Below are positions 29,613-41,561 of a DNA stretch of 64,000 nucleotides, in pieces. The notes beneath the pieces are model-generated. The model ran no database searches, had not been told where the DNA came from, and worked only from the letters and a program-made list of their open reading frames with translations. Origin of the DNA: an uncultured Nitrososphaerota archaeon (GTDB lineage Archaea; Thermoproteota; Nitrososphaeria; Nitrososphaerales; Nitrosopumilaceae); assembly GCA_963701075.1 (NCBI GenBank), contig OY969559.1:1760001-1824000 (forward strand), read 5' to 3'. The position numbers were made by a program, and so were the translations under genes. Position 1 is the stretch's first letter; each line of letters begins with the position of its first letter.

Positions 29613-29638
29613 TTTCCTCTAGTTTTTAGAGTCCCAAC

Positions 29639-30400
29639 ATGTCTCTTGTTATTGTTTCAAAGTCAGATGGAATCTGCACTGTCAAGATAAACAGACCAGA
29701 CAAGCTCAACGCCATGAACATGGATGTTGCAAATGATATCATCAAAGTATTCAAAGAAATAGAAACAGACGATTCAGTAAAGGTAGTAATTCTTACAGGC
29801 GAGGGAGACAAGGCATTCTCTGCAGGTGCAGATATTGCCTACATGTCAACTATTACGCCAATTGAGGCTGAAGCCTATGCCAAGGTTGGCCATCTTTTGA
29901 CTTTTACCGTAGAAAATTGTAGCAGGCCAACAATTGCAGCAATCAATGGATTTGCACTAGGCGGTGGATGTGAACTTGCACTTGCGTGCGACATGAGAAT
30001 AGCTGCAGATACTGCAAGGATAGGCCAGCCCGAGGTGACAATTGGAGTCTGTCCTGGATGGGGCGGTACACAAAGACTGCAGAGAATCATTGGAATATCA
30101 CAGGCAAAGGATTTGATCTATACTGGAAGAATGATAAAGTCAGACGAGGCAAAAGAGATGGGATTGGTAAACAAGGTTGTCGAGCTTGCAAAATTAATGG
30201 AAGAGACTACAAATGTTGCCAAGATGATTGCACAAAACTCTCCCATGGCAGTTAGAATGTCAAAGGTTGCAATAAACAAGGGTAGAAACTCAGATATCGA
30301 TACAGGCCTTGCACTCGAGCTTTACACGTGGGGACTGTGCTTTACACACCCAGATAGAGCCGAGAGAATGACTGCCTTTGTAAACAAGTCAAAGAAATAG
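29639..30400 (+). CDS. Enoyl-CoA hydratase (3-hydroxypropionyl-CoA dehydratase / crotonyl-CoA hydratase)
   Basis: [27 protein letters not shown]. Confidence 0.88.
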   Translation: MSLVIVSKSDGICTVKINRPDKLNAMNMDVANDIIKVFKEIETDDSVKVVILTGEGDKAFSAGADIAYMSTITPIEAEAYAKVGHLLTFTVENCSRPTIAAINGFALGGGCELALACDMRIAADTARIGQPEVTIGVCPGWGGTQRLQRIIGISQAKDLIYTGRMIKSDEAKEMGLVNKVVELAKLMEETTNVAKMIAQNSPMAVRMSKVAINKGRNSDIDTGLALELYTWGLCFTHPDRAERMTAFVNKSKK

Positions 30401-30481
30401 AAAAACTGCCTTTTACTACCATTCATTCCTAATATGCCCGGTATGAAAAGATTATTATAATTTAGACGCCAAGTTTGACTT

Positions 30482-30832
30482 ATGAGCAATACACAGACAA
30501 CAAAACTTGTCACAATCACACCAAAGGCCGCAGAAAAGGTAACTGCTTTCATGAAAGAGGAAGCAGAGAAACCAGAGTTTCTGAGAGTTTACGTACAGGG
30601 CGGCGGATGCTCGGGATTGTCCTATGGAATGGGCTTTGAAAAACAGGCCGAGGAAGACGATCTCCTGATCGAAGAGAATGGTGTAAAGATGATCGTTGAC
30701 AGTTATAGTGCTGAATACCTCAAAGGCGCAAATATTGACTACATTGAGAGTCTAATGGGCGCGGGATTTAAGATAAACAATCCAAACGTGACCAAGTCAT
30801 GTTCTTGTGGTCACTCGTTTAGCACCTCTTAA
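30482..30832 (+). CDS. A-type Fe-S carrier (IscA/ErpA/HesB)
   Basis: GGGCSG, CSCGHSF. Confidence 0.92.
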   Translation: MSNTQTTKLVTITPKAAEKVTAFMKEEAEKPEFLRVYVQGGGCSGLSYGMGFEKQAEEDDLLIEENGVKMIVDSYSAEYLKGANIDYIESLMGAGFKINNPNVTKSCSCGHSFSTS

Positions 30833-30881
30833 ATTCAGATCTTTTAATTTTTATTTTATGATATCTACTGGAAAGAATATT

Positions 30882-31109
30882 TCAGACCACAATTAGTGTC
30901 ATCGTAGTAAGGACATGGGGCACTTTGCGTATGTATCCTGTAACGGCCTTCTCCAGAGTCATTGAATCATTAGATTCTACTTCTACAATCACATCATATA
31001 GGCCAAGAACCCCAGTGACATTTTTTATTTCCTTTATCTCGGTAAGTTTTCGAATTACCTGCGACTCTTTTCCAGTCTCACAATGAATAACTACAAACGC
31101 CTTGGTCAT
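30882..31109 (-). CDS. Lrp/AsnC ligand-binding domain protein
   Basis: 75 aa, GLYDVIVEVE, TMTL. Confidence 0.85.
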   Translation of the reverse strand: MTKAFVVIHCETGKESQVIRKLTEIKEIKNVTGVLGLYDVIVEVESNDSMTLEKAVTGYIRKVPHVLTTMTLIVV

Positions 31110-31137
31110 TGCATCATCCGAAAATAAAGAATTTTGT

Positions 31138-32385
31138 TTACGGCCAGAGGCCTCTTGCGTCGTATGCCTCTAAGACTCGTCCCACGGCAAGCACCATGCT
31201 TGCTTTTCTCATGTCCACATTGTGCTTCTTAGATAAGGCAAGTGTGTCATGGAATCCCTTGACAATGTGGTGTTCCATCTTGCCTGCCACCTCGTCAAAT
31301 GGCCAGTAGTATCTCTGCAAGTTCTGCACCCATTCCAGGTATGAAATGCATACGCCTCCAGAGTTTGCCAGTATATCTGGAATGACTGTTATCTTGTTCT
31401 TGAATAAAATCTCATCAGCTTCTGGTGTTGTCGGGCCATTTGCTGCCTCTGCAACTATCTTACAGTCAACATTTTTTGCAATCTGTGGAGTTATCTGATT
31501 TTCAAGAGCTGCCGGTACCAATATGTCACATGGAGTAGTGAGAAGCTGTTCTGTAGAGATCTTTTTGCTTCCGGGATACCCTACTACGCTTCCATTCTTG
31601 TTCTTGTACTCTAATACTTTTTTGGAATCTAGCCCCTTTGTGTTTATTATAGAACCTTTAGAGTCACTGACTGCAATTATTTTTGCACCCATTTTTTCCA
31701 TATACTCTGCAGAATATGTTGCTGCATTGCCGTATCCTTGCACTACAACCTTTGCGCCTTTTAGTCTCAGTCCAAGTTTCTTGGCAGCTTCTCTTACACA
31801 GTATGAGACACCAAGACCTGTTGCAACATTTCTTGCCTGGGAACCTCCTATAGAAAGCGGTTTACCAGTAATTACAGCAGGCTCTCCTTGTCCGTGCATC
31901 ACACTGTAGACATCCATTATCTGCGCCATCTCCTTTCCTGTAGTGTAAACATCGGGAGCAGGCACATCTTTGCCAGGTCCTATTATTTCAGAAATAGCAT
32001 ATGCATATCTTCTAGTCAGCCTCTCCTTTTCTCCAGCAGAGAGTCTTTTAGGATCACAAATGATTCCACCCTTTCCGCCTCCAAAAGGAACATCGACTAT
32101 GGAACACTTCCAAGTCATCCACATTGAGAGTGCTTTTACTTCCTCTATTGTTACATCGGGGTGATATCTTATTCCACCTTTGAATGGTCCCCTAAAATCA
32201 TTATGCTGAGATCGAAATCCCGTGAAAACTTTGATTCTTCCATCATCCATTTTTATTGGAAGAGAAACAGTCAAGACTTTTTTTGGCGATGCGAGCATCT
32301 CGTGTACGCCTGGATCAAGTTTTAAAATCTTTGCAGCAGATGCAAGTTGTTTTAGTGCATTCTGCCATGGATCTATCTTGTTCAA
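31138..32385 (-). CDS. gdhA: Glutamate dehydrogenase
   Basis: KGGIRYH, GGGKGG, VPAPD, EAANGP, PDILANSGG. Confidence 0.95.
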   Translation of the reverse strand: MNKIDPWQNALKQLASAAKILKLDPGVHEMLASPKKVLTVSLPIKMDDGRIKVFTGFRSQHNDFRGPFKGGIRYHPDVTIEEVKALSMWMTWKCSIVDVPFGGGKGGIICDPKRLSAGEKERLTRRYAYAISEIIGPGKDVPAPDVYTTGKEMAQIMDVYSVMHGQGEPAVITGKPLSIGGSQARNVATGLGVSYCVREAAKKLGLRLKGAKVVVQGYGNAATYSAEYMEKMGAKIIAVSDSKGSIINTKGLDSKKVLEYKNKNGSVVGYPGSKKISTEQLLTTPCDILVPAALENQITPQIAKNVDCKIVAEAANGPTTPEADEILFKNKITVIPDILANSGGVCISYLEWVQNLQRYYWPFDEVAGKMEHHIVKGFHDTLALSKKHNVDMRKASMVLAVGRVLEAYDARGLWP

Positions 32386-32441
32386 ACTTACCGATTGTCT
32401 CCTAGGTATTGTATTTAAATTTGTTGAGACCAGATCGCATC

Positions 32442-32798
32442 TTACTTGGTAGGTTGCTCAGATCCTTTACCAGCGTTCTGTCCCCCAAGTTTGGACGAGA
32501 TCAGATTTCGTAGATCGTCATCTGTCTTGTCTTTAGAATCTATTCCAAGAGTTTGTGCCATGACCTCGAGTTTTTGTCTCTCCGAAGTTGCTGGACCCTG
32601 TATTGGTATGCTAAAATCGCCCTTGGCCTTTTGAATCTCATCGTGAACAATGTTTTTTGTTTTATTGAATTGCCCCATAATTTTTCCTATCTTTTTTGAT
32701 GCATCGGGCATGCGTTTTGTTCCAAGTAACATCACTAATGCCACAAATGCTATCATTATCCAGTCATTACCCATTATGACAAGGGAGAAATCTGTCAC
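32442..32798 (-). CDS. tatA: TatA/E-family translocase subunit
   Basis: TM followed by LLGTKRMPD amphipathic helix. Confidence 0.7.
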   Translation of the reverse strand: MTDFSLVIMGNDWIMIAFVALVMLLGTKRMPDASKKIGKIMGQFNKTKNIVHDEIQKAKGDFSIPIQGPATSERQKLEVMAQTLGIDSKDKTDDDLRNLISSKLGGQNAGKGSEQPTK

Positions 32799-32835
32799 AC
32801 AATGATTTTGCCCTTTCCAAAATTAAAGCTTTAGA

Positions 32836-33525
32836 CTACTTGTAAGCGGCAACTATTACTGCCCCGCCCATCATTCCGGTATCAAATTCAACTCTTGCAA
32901 ACTTTTCAAGAAGCAGTGATTCGAGTTTTTTATTTTGTGGCCACAATCGGTACGTGTCATAAAGCGCTGCAAATTTCAATCCCAGTTTTCCACCTGCAGC
33001 CAGTGCAATAACAGGCAGAAAGACTCGCAAGTAAAATGAGACGCCTGCCCTTATCAACAAGTTGTCTGGCTTGCCAAGATCAACAATAACAAACCGTCCT
33101 CCCTTTTTTAAGACACGATGTATTTCAGATATTGCTGTCCTAAGACTGATTGCATCGCGCAACGAGTATCCGCAAATGACTGCATCAAAATTCTCTTCCC
33201 TAAATGGCATGTGTTCAAACACGCCGCAAGTCAGAGCAGGAGTTTTTGCAAATAGTCTGCTTGTGTTCTTTAACATAGGTCTCAGAGGATCGTATAATGT
33301 GACTTGGAGATTATCTTTACAAATTTTCATGGCAGTCTTTGACATGTTACCAAATCCAGAACCTGCATCAAGAACCCTGTCACCTTGATTTACTCGGCCG
33401 CGGATTCCGCGTTCCCTAAACTCCAAGTCTTTTCCAAGAGAGATAAACGAGTTGACCTTGTCATAGACTGGAATTATTTGCTCCAGAACATCTAGTACCT
33501 GTCCCCAACTACTTCCAAGACCCAC
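32836..33525 (-). CDS. UbiE/MenG-family methyltransferase
   Basis: YDKVN..ISLG, VLDAGSG, RVLKKGG. Confidence 0.8.
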   Translation of the reverse strand: MGLGSSWGQVLDVLEQIIPVYDKVNSFISLGKDLEFRERGIRGRVNQGDRVLDAGSGFGNMSKTAMKICKDNLQVTLYDPLRPMLKNTSRLFAKTPALTCGVFEHMPFREENFDAVICGYSLRDAISLRTAISEIHRVLKKGGRFVIVDLGKPDNLLIRAGVSFYLRVFLPVIALAAGGKLGLKFAALYDTYRLWPQNKKLESLLLEKFARVEFDTGMMGGAVIVAAYK

Positions 33526-33559
33526 ACAAACCTAGGCGGGGGTACATATTATATGTCAA

Positions 33560-34450
33560 TCAGGATTTTATTTCTGAGACAACAGAGCCTACTCCCTCTT
33601 GATATGATGGGTATGCAAGATTGCATATTTTAGATATTTTGGAGTTTGATGCCTTGACTGATGTTGTAAGCAAAGTCACAAAGTCTGAACCCAGAATGGG
33701 TTTTGCAAGAAACGTTGGAATTGTTCCAGGTGTTTTTACACCCAGTTTGGAGCACACAAAACTTACAAACTCTGAAAACACGACAGGATTAGAATCAGTT
33801 ACGACAAATGACTGGTTTGTCTGATTTTTCTCTGCAATTGATACTAATGCAGATGCAACATCATCCACGTGAACAAAGCTTCGATAATATTTTCCAGAGC
33901 CTGGAATTTTGAATGAACCGTTCTTGAGTCTTTCAATCATTATAGACTTGAACCAACCGCCGTTGCCATACACGTCTCCAAGATACACAACGCTAAATGG
34001 AATTCCAATTTGCTTGCAGTTGTCTTCAAGATACTTTTGCGCTTCGAGTCTAATCTTGGCATAGTCTGTATTTGGATTGGGGTTTGTATTCTCGTCTATC
34101 GTGTTTCCGTTTGTGTCTCCAAAAGCACCAAGACCTGAGACATACACAAAGAATTTGGTCTTGTCCTTTATCTTGCTGAACAAGTTAACTACTCCGTCGT
34201 AGTTTACCTTTCTCTGCAGTTTCTTGTCTTTCTCGCCAGGCCATGCAGCCGCAAGATGGTACACTACATCATATTGATCATCTATAAAGTCAAAGTCAGG
34301 ATAAGTGAGATCTCCTGTAACTACCTTAACCTTGGGGTTTGGGATTTGTCCTGTACGTACAAGGGCAGTTACTTCATCTCCCCGTCCAGTCAGTTTGTTG
34401 ACCAATTTTGTTCCTATAAATCCCGTAGCACCTGTTACAAGTACTGCCAA
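33560..34450 (-). CDS. NAD-dependent epimerase/dehydratase
   Basis: VTGATGFIG, HLAA, VHVDD. Confidence 0.85.
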   Translation of the reverse strand: MAVLVTGATGFIGTKLVNKLTGRGDEVTALVRTGQIPNPKVKVVTGDLTYPDFDFIDDQYDVVYHLAAAWPGEKDKKLQRKVNYDGVVNLFSKIKDKTKFFVYVSGLGAFGDTNGNTIDENTNPNPNTDYAKIRLEAQKYLEDNCKQIGIPFSVVYLGDVYGNGGWFKSIMIERLKNGSFKIPGSGKYYRSFVHVDDVASALVSIAEKNQTNQSFVVTDSNPVVFSEFVSFVCSKLGVKTPGTIPTFLAKPILGSDFVTLLTTSVKASNSKISKICNLAYPSYQEGVGSVVSEIKS

Positions 34451-34547
34451 TAGTCCAAGATAGAATTTTCTTGCTTAAATGTTTGACCTGACGTGAAATT
34501 CCACATGTAACTAAAAATTAAATCAGACAGTATGTTTCCGTGACATA

Positions 34548-37059
34548 GTGCACTCGTGTCCCAAATGTAAATCCAAGTTAGAGGTTCAAAGAACATTTAA
34601 TCAAAAAATCCTATTTGGCTGCACACACTGCAAGATTGAAGATGTAATAGACTACAAGAAGAATTTAGATGAGGCATATCTTGATTTTTTGCTAAAATTT
34701 GACACTGGACAGACCCCAACCAAGAAAGAATCCCAAAATGCCCTAGAAAAAGAAGGTCTACTTCAAAGTGAAGACGAGATCAAAAAGATGATAGGAGATT
34801 CAAAGATTGACGAGTTAACTAGGTCAGTATTATTCTCAAAAAAACATTACGTATCGTATTTCAAATCAATTGAAGAGCCAGACCCAGAGATGGGCTCTAC
34901 TGTTGATGACTCTGGATTAGATGAGAGAATCATAGAGGTGTTAAAAGCAAAAGGAATCGTAAAATTTTACAAATTTCAAGAAGATGCCATTCAGGATATT
35001 GTATTTGGGAAAAATGTCATAATAACTGCTCCAACAGCATCAGGCAAGACAGAGGCCTTTGTCATACCGATAATGCAAAAGATAGTTGATTCAAAGGCAC
35101 CAAGACACAGCGTTCATGCTCTCTTTGTCTATCCAACAAAGTCTCTGTCACGTGATCAATATCCAAAGATAAAGGACATTGCGGACAAGCTCAATCTAGG
35201 AATTGCCGTTTTTGATGGAGACACAAAGGAGACTGAAAGAAAAGAAATCTCGGATACTCCTCCAGAGATAATAATAACAAACTTTGATGTACTGCATTAT
35301 CATCTCTGGCATAGGACAAAGTTTGCTGCACTACTAAATACAGTAAAGTTTTTGGCAGTCGATGAGGCGCACATATATTCTGGAATTTTTGGCTCCAACG
35401 TTCATTATATCATCAAGAGGCTAAAGAGAATCTGTCCCAAGATACAGTTTGTGGCATCTTCTGCTACACTTGAAAATGCCCTCTTGTTTTGTCAGGGCTT
35501 GTTTGGAGTTGATATGATACAGGTCACAGGATCTGGAAAGAAAGGAAGAATAGAGTTTTGCATGCTGTTTCCATCCCTTATTACTCAACGTGCCTTGATG
35601 ATTGACATACTAAAGAAGCTTGCATCAAAAAAGCGCAAGACATTAGTTTTCAGCAATTCACACCTAAATTCCGAACTTTTGGCCCTGCAGGCAGGACGAC
35701 AAAAAATAGACATCAAGGTTCACAGGGCCGGCCTGATGGCAAACTATAGACGGTCAATTGAAAACCTGTTCAAAAATGATAAATTGTTAGCAGTCTCTGC
35801 AACCCCAACTCTTGAGCTTGGAATCGATGTTGGAAATGTAGATGGGGTGATATCGTCTACCATTCCAGTCAATCGTCTAGTTCAAAGAATTGGAAGAGCT
35901 GCAAGAAAAGGCCAGGATGGTTTTGCATTCTTGGTGCTTGGAAATGATCCAATATCACAATATTACAAAAATCATCCAGGTGACTACTTTGAGGACAAGG
36001 AGCAAATCTACATAGACCCAAAAAATCCATTTGTTGAGGAATTTCAGGTACTTGCAATGGCCTGTGACAAACCTATTACAAAACACGAATTGTCAGAACA
36101 CCGTGATGCAGTTCAGAAGCACTTGGATGTTGGAAATCTAGTTCTAGTTGAAAATAGATATGTACCAAACTTTGATCAGAATCAAAAGCCTTCTAGAAGA
36201 CTATAGCATCAGAGGAATTGGCAAGTCAATTGACATTTTCTTAAATGGCAAAAAAGTAGGAGATAGGATTCTTCCCATCGCATTAGAAGAACTTCACCCA
36301 TCAGCTGTCTATTTTCTTGCCGGAATGAGATATCGCGTCAAGGAGCTTGGATATCCCCAAAACATGTCTGCAAAATTAGAATATCTTCCAAAAAATTACC
36401 CATATTATACAAAGGCACTTACAGAAGAATGGCCAACCATTGAAACAATTTTTGAGAAAAGGCAGGCAAATGGAATTGAGGTGGCATTTTGCAAACTACA
36501 CATACAAAAACGAGTATACGGCTATGTCAATATCGAGCTTGGCCAAGAGGTGACACAGGGCCAAAAAGTTATTCTTGAAAATCCTTTAGACTATGATTTT
36601 GTCACAAAAGGAATTGTCTTCAAGGCTCCAAGACCACTAGTCGAGATAGGCGAGTCTGAAAATGAGGAGTATACCGAGGCAAGCGGATATCATGCAACAG
36701 AACATGTAATCATAGAAGGCAGTAACATGATTACAGGGGGGGTATCACAAGACTTGGGCGGAATCTCTCTTGGCACATCAGGACTAATTTTTGTGTACGA
36801 TTCTGCAATTGGTGGAAATGGTGCAAGCAAGGCATTGTATGACAGACTTGAAAAGGCATTTGATCGTAGTTTGCACATAGTAAGAGAATGCCCCTGCAAA
36901 AATGAAGCAGGATGTCCACGATGTACCTTTTCCTATAGGTGTGGCAACAACAATGAATATCTGCACAAGTTGGCATCTGCTGAGATTCTCAAAAGAATCA
37001 CAGGCGGCGAAGTAACAGAGGTTTCAGAGCCTGTTGAAGGAGACAAGCCTCTAGTTTAG
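34548..37059 (+). CDS. DEAD/DEAH helicase with C-terminal 4-Cys domain (Hrq1/MrfA-like; frameshift near 36180)
   Basis: APTASGKT, DEAH, SAT, QRIGRAAR; CPC....GCPRC in the second ORF. Confidence 0.88.
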
Positions 37060-37165
37060 GATTAGAAGAAACGACAGAAGAGCCAAGGACAGGTTCTACT
37101 CACAGAAAAGAAACAGAAGATCAAGAAGAGTGCAGTAGAACCGAAAATATTAATACGATTTTAGA

Positions 37166-38035
37166 ATGCCAACTACTATGGAAAAAGTTGCAATTGTCAC
37201 TGGCAGCTCAAGCGGCATAGGCTTTGAGACTGCGCTTGCCTTGGCAAGAAATGGCTATTACACATATGCCACAATGCGCGATACAAGGAAAAGTAGCAAG
37301 ATGCTCGAGGCGGCAAAAAAGGAGGGCCTGAAGGTAGAGGTTTTAGAACTTGACGTAGACAAGGAAGAGACAATCAAAGATTCCATAAAAAAGATAGTTC
37401 AGGATAAAAAAAGGATAGATGTGCTTGTAAATAATGCGGGATATTTCCTAGTTGGTTGCCTTGAAGACCTATCAATAAAAGATATCAAGGCGCAGTTTGA
37501 GACTAATTTCTTTGGCGTCGTAAGAACAATCCAAGAAGTCTTGCCAACAATGCGCATGCAAAAGTCAGGAATCATAGTAAACGTAAGTTCAGTCGCTGGA
37601 AGAATCGGATTTCCTGTAACACCTGCCTATATCAGCTCAAAATTTGCACTCGAAGGGCTCAGCGAATCCATGAGATACGAACTTGCACCATTTAACATCA
37701 AGACAATAATAATAGAGCCCGGTGTTGTCAAGACCAACCTGTTTGCGTCACTGAAAAAATCCACAAAACCAGATTCCGTTTACAAGGATATCACTGAAAA
37801 GGTGATGCTGGGTCTAACCATGATGTCCGAGATGGGTACTCCTGCCCAAGAGGTAGCAAGAACCATAATCAATGCAGTAAGCTCTGAGAACCCATTACCT
37901 AGATATCCCGTGGGCAATGATGCCATAATGTTTCTTGAGGCCAAGAAGAGCAAGACCGATATCGAGTTTGAAAATTATATAAAAAAGGAACTTTTTAGTC
38001 AGATCTTTTCTACATATAAAATATTTTCAACATAA
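37166..38035 (+). CDS. Short-chain dehydrogenase/reductase
   Basis: TGSSSGIG, NNAG, YISSK. Confidence 0.92.
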   Translation: MPTTMEKVAIVTGSSSGIGFETALALARNGYYTYATMRDTRKSSKMLEAAKKEGLKVEVLELDVDKEETIKDSIKKIVQDKKRIDVLVNNAGYFLVGCLEDLSIKDIKAQFETNFFGVVRTIQEVLPTMRMQKSGIIVNVSSVAGRIGFPVTPAYISSKFALEGLSESMRYELAPFNIKTIIIEPGVVKTNLFASLKKSTKPDSVYKDITEKVMLGLTMMSEMGTPAQEVARTIINAVSSENPLPRYPVGNDAIMFLEAKKSKTDIEFENYIKKELFSQIFSTYKIFST

Positions 38036-38147
38036 CATGTATGATTATTCAAAAAATGTATGAATTTTTTACATTATTTTTGAATAGATTGATATAAGTC
38101 AGAGAGTCAATTTTTGTCAAAGTCAACAGATTTAGGTAAAAAATGCG

Positions 38148-39725
38148 GTGATAATGAAAATGAAATGGAAGACATTACAACATAATGGTATTGCGTTCCC
38201 TCCCCCTTTTGAGTCAAAGGGGATAACGATTAGGATCAAGGGTGAGAAGGTGCCCCTAAGCTTGGATGCAGAAGAGATGGCATACCAGTGGGCAAAAAAG
38301 AAAGACACCCCATATGTAAAAGATTCCGTTTTTCAGAAAAATTTCTTCTCTGATTTTATCACGGTACTGCCAGACAAGTACAAGAAAACTGTGTTTTCAG
38401 ATATTGATTTTTCAGATGCCTTCAAGGTTGTGGATAAAGAAAAAGACGCAAAACTCACAATAACAAAAGAGGAAAAAAAGAAGATTGCGACCACGAGAAA
38501 AGAGATCAAGGAAAAGATGAAGGGAGTATATGGAAAGGCAATAATGGATGGCAAGGAGGTAGAAGTTGCCAACTGGATGGCAGAACCGCCTGGCCTTTTC
38601 ATAGGACGTGGCGATCATCCAATCAGGGGGCGATGGAAGCCAAGAGTCACTGAAAAAGATGTTACACTAAACCTTGGAAAAGATGCCAAAGTCCCGCCAG
38701 GAAAGTGGGGTCAGGTAATTCACGAGTCTGATTTCATGTGGCTTGCAAGCTGGGAGGACAGGCTTACAGAGAAAAGAAAGTATGTTTGGCTCTCTGATAC
38801 TTCAGACCTAAAGCAGGAGCGCGACAAGATGAAATATGAAAAGGCGACCAAGCTATCAGAGCACATAGACAAGGTGCTCGATGCCATAGTCAAAAAGATG
38901 TCAGATAAAGATGAAAAGGTAAGACGCATAACTACAGTTAGTTATCTAATTTACAAGACTGCAATGAGAGTAGGAGACGAAAAGGATCCTGATGAGGCAG
39001 ACACTGTTGGTGCCACAACTCTACGTGTGGAACACATCAAGCTAAAACCCAACACAATAGAATTCGACTTTCTTGGAAAAGACAGCGTAAGATGGCAAAA
39101 GCCATTACCAGTAGAGGAGCAGGACAAGGTCTTTTATGAAAACCTAAGAAAATTCACTGAAAAGAAAAAGCCAGACGATCTCATATTTGACGGCATTACC
39201 TCAAGACATGTAAACGAGTTTTTGAGTGGCGTAGTCAAGGGACTTACTGCCAAGGTATTCAGGACATACTTGGCAACAAATGTTGTCAGGAGCTATCTGA
39301 AGAAGGTGGACAAACTGGATTCTAAATCAGAAAACATCAAGATTTATCATGCAAAACTAGCAAACCTTGAGGCAGCAATAACCTGTAACCACAAGAGAAC
39401 TATTCCCAAGAGTTTTGAGGAATCTCTCCAAAAAAAGAGAGACGTGTTAAAGAAACTCAAGGAGACTGCTACTAAGACTGAGAAGCAGGCAGAAAAGCAA
39501 AAACAGCGAGAGGAGAAACTGAAACTTACCATAGAACTTGCCGAAAAGACACGAGATTACAATCTCGGTACGTCGTTGCGCAACTATATCGATCCAAGAG
39601 TAGTCAAAGCATGGTCTGATCAGGTTGGTTTAGAATGGGAGAAACTCTACACCAGTGCGTTACAAAAGAAATTCCAATGGGTTGCCAAAGTAGATACCAG
39701 TTGGAAAGAGATTGCCAAAAATTAA
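38148..39725 (+). CDS. DNA topoisomerase IB (eukaryote-like)
   Basis: KWKTLQHNG, FDFLGKDS, AKVFRT, CNH, TSLRNYIDPR catalytic Tyr. Confidence 0.95.
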   Translation: MIMKMKWKTLQHNGIAFPPPFESKGITIRIKGEKVPLSLDAEEMAYQWAKKKDTPYVKDSVFQKNFFSDFITVLPDKYKKTVFSDIDFSDAFKVVDKEKDAKLTITKEEKKKIATTRKEIKEKMKGVYGKAIMDGKEVEVANWMAEPPGLFIGRGDHPIRGRWKPRVTEKDVTLNLGKDAKVPPGKWGQVIHESDFMWLASWEDRLTEKRKYVWLSDTSDLKQERDKMKYEKATKLSEHIDKVLDAIVKKMSDKDEKVRRITTVSYLIYKTAMRVGDEKDPDEADTVGATTLRVEHIKLKPNTIEFDFLGKDSVRWQKPLPVEEQDKVFYENLRKFTEKKKPDDLIFDGITSRHVNEFLSGVVKGLTAKVFRTYLATNVVRSYLKKVDKLDSKSENIKIYHAKLANLEAAITCNHKRTIPKSFEESLQKKRDVLKKLKETATKTEKQAEKQKQREEKLKLTIELAEKTRDYNLGTSLRNYIDPRVVKAWSDQVGLEWEKLYTSALQKKFQWVAKVDTSWKEIAKN

Positions 39726-39830
39726 TTTCTTAGGCCCTTGTCAGCAATAGTCATTTTAGATATTCCTGCGTCATACTTTGTCTTACATTGAATACGCCCT
39801 GATTATATTTTTCCTAGTGCAAGTAATACC

Positions 39831-40136
39831 ATGACAGAATCAAAACACGAAGACCGTGAGGCACCAAGAAATCTGATGCCAATGTTTTTCGGGTTAGGAA
39901 TGGTTGCAATCGTAGCTGTCATGATGACTATGGTTTGGCCCGTCTGGAATCTATTCCCGCAATATGTCACTGAACAAGTCAAGGTAGTCTCAGTAGACCC
40001 AAGCGGAGTATGGGCGGATACACAGGACAACTACCTAGTAAAATTAACAGGTACATACCACAATGTCCAACCAGGCCAGTACATCATGGGAACATATGAT
40101 GTCAAGATAAAGGACAGAATGAACACATACGGCTAG
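39831..40136 (+). CDS. Small membrane-anchored hypothetical protein
   Basis: Single TM followed by an OB-like beta region. Confidence 0.6.
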   Translation: MTESKHEDREAPRNLMPMFFGLGMVAIVAVMMTMVWPVWNLFPQYVTEQVKVVSVDPSGVWADTQDNYLVKLTGTYHNVQPGQYIMGTYDVKIKDRMNTYG

Positions 40137-40229
40137 GAACATTTCACTAGTGCCTAACTCTGGACAACACAGATAGCCCAACAATAGCAATGGGCTATTT
40201 TTTCTGCTTGTTTTTTCATTTGGAAAAAT

Positions 40230-40771
40230 TTATTCAGAAAACCTTAGTGCAAATGTATTTTTGTTGTACTTGACAGTTATCTTTTTGTGAAACAGTTCGT
40301 CAAAGATTAGCTCCAGGATTGTCTTGTTGTATAATGACCAGTTTTTTCCAAGATCGTGTTTCATAACAAAAGTGTGCACTCCTTTTTCAGACATATGGCT
40401 TACCTGAACAGAAGAGTTTACCATCTGTATCTCAAACCATGACATGAACGAACCAACGTCAATATCACCCTTCATGAATAATGCAACGTCTTTTACCTCA
40501 TCTTTTCCTATGGTACGTGCAATCTCTATCACTTCTTTTTCCTTCAAACCCCCAAAAATTTTGACAAATACAGGCTTGTTGAGGCTGACCAGTCCTATTC
40601 TGGGCTGATAAATGTCCCACTCAAGAAATCTTTTCATGGCCTGAGTGGCAAGTGTGTTTGTGCTTATCTGATGTTCCTTTGCTTCTTGTTGTACTTGTTT
40701 ATGAGGTCCTCTTCAAATCGAAATGTGATAGTGGCAGTTTTTTTCTTGGTGTTGATGTCTGACTCCCCCAT
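40230..40771 (-). CDS. Thaumarchaeal RHH-domain regulator (frameshift near 40700)
   Basis: TATITFRF N-terminus upstream; HDLGKNWSLY domain. Confidence 0.7.
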
Positions 40772-40896
40772 GAGATGTATTTCGGACTTTTGATATTTAT
40801 GAAATGATGAACATTGTTAGTGAGCATTCACTCAACAAAATGTTGTCTTACAATGTGTACTCAGACAATTTATTGTGGTTTTTACAATATAATGAT

Positions 40897-41367
40897 ATGG
40901 TAGAAATCAAGGTCAAGGTACAGATTGACGCACCAATAGAAAAAGTATGGGAGGTCGTATCAAGAGTTAATGACGATCCAAAGTTTTGGAATCTCACCAA
41001 GTCTATACGAAACATCTCAAAGAACGGCAACGAGATAGTTAGAGAAGTGATCTTGGGCAAAATGGAAAAATGCCATCAAAAGATAATTCTTGTGCCAAAA
41101 GAAGCAATTCACGTCCTTTGGACAAAAGGAGTGATAACAGGAGCAAAAGATATTGTCCTGACATCACTTGGTAGTGGAACGCTTCTTGAGGTCGCGATGG
41201 ATTACAAGATCTCAGGACCAGCTCGTTTCTTCCCAGGAACAATTGCAGATGAGCTGCACATGGAGGCTGAACTAGCAGTGGATCAGATAAAAGAGAAAGC
41301 TGAAGGAAGGCCTCATTATATCCCGATGGAAGAGCGAAAAATGTGGGCAGACCTAATACGTGGATAG
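40897..41367 (+). CDS. SRPBCC/START-domain (polyketide cyclase-like) protein
   Basis: IDAPIEKVWEVVS...PKFW. Confidence 0.8.
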   Translation: MVEIKVKVQIDAPIEKVWEVVSRVNDDPKFWNLTKSIRNISKNGNEIVREVILGKMEKCHQKIILVPKEAIHVLWTKGVITGAKDIVLTSLGSGTLLEVAMDYKISGPARFFPGTIADELHMEAELAVDQIKEKAEGRPHYIPMEERKMWADLIRG

Positions 41368-41561
41368 AGTCAGCAAAGATTGAACTAGAAAACAATTTGA
41401 CTGATCAACTATCGTGCCATTTGCGCCCTCTCAAAAAAGCAGTCTAATTAATTTTAGACTGCAAACTTCTTTTTGTATTTTAAAAGAATTAGTTTTTGAA
41501 ATTTTGCCGAATATTTTTCACAAGCTACATTTAATTGCAGTTGAAATGACGCGTAATCTAT

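Noticed and set aside
37060-37145. GGTTCTACT...AGTAGAACC inverted repeat as an IS6-like MITE
   Set aside because: Very short match and no target duplication; could be a terminator or chance.
38148-39725. Eukaryote-like topoisomerase IB as a novelty
   Set aside because: Established hallmark of Nitrososphaerota.
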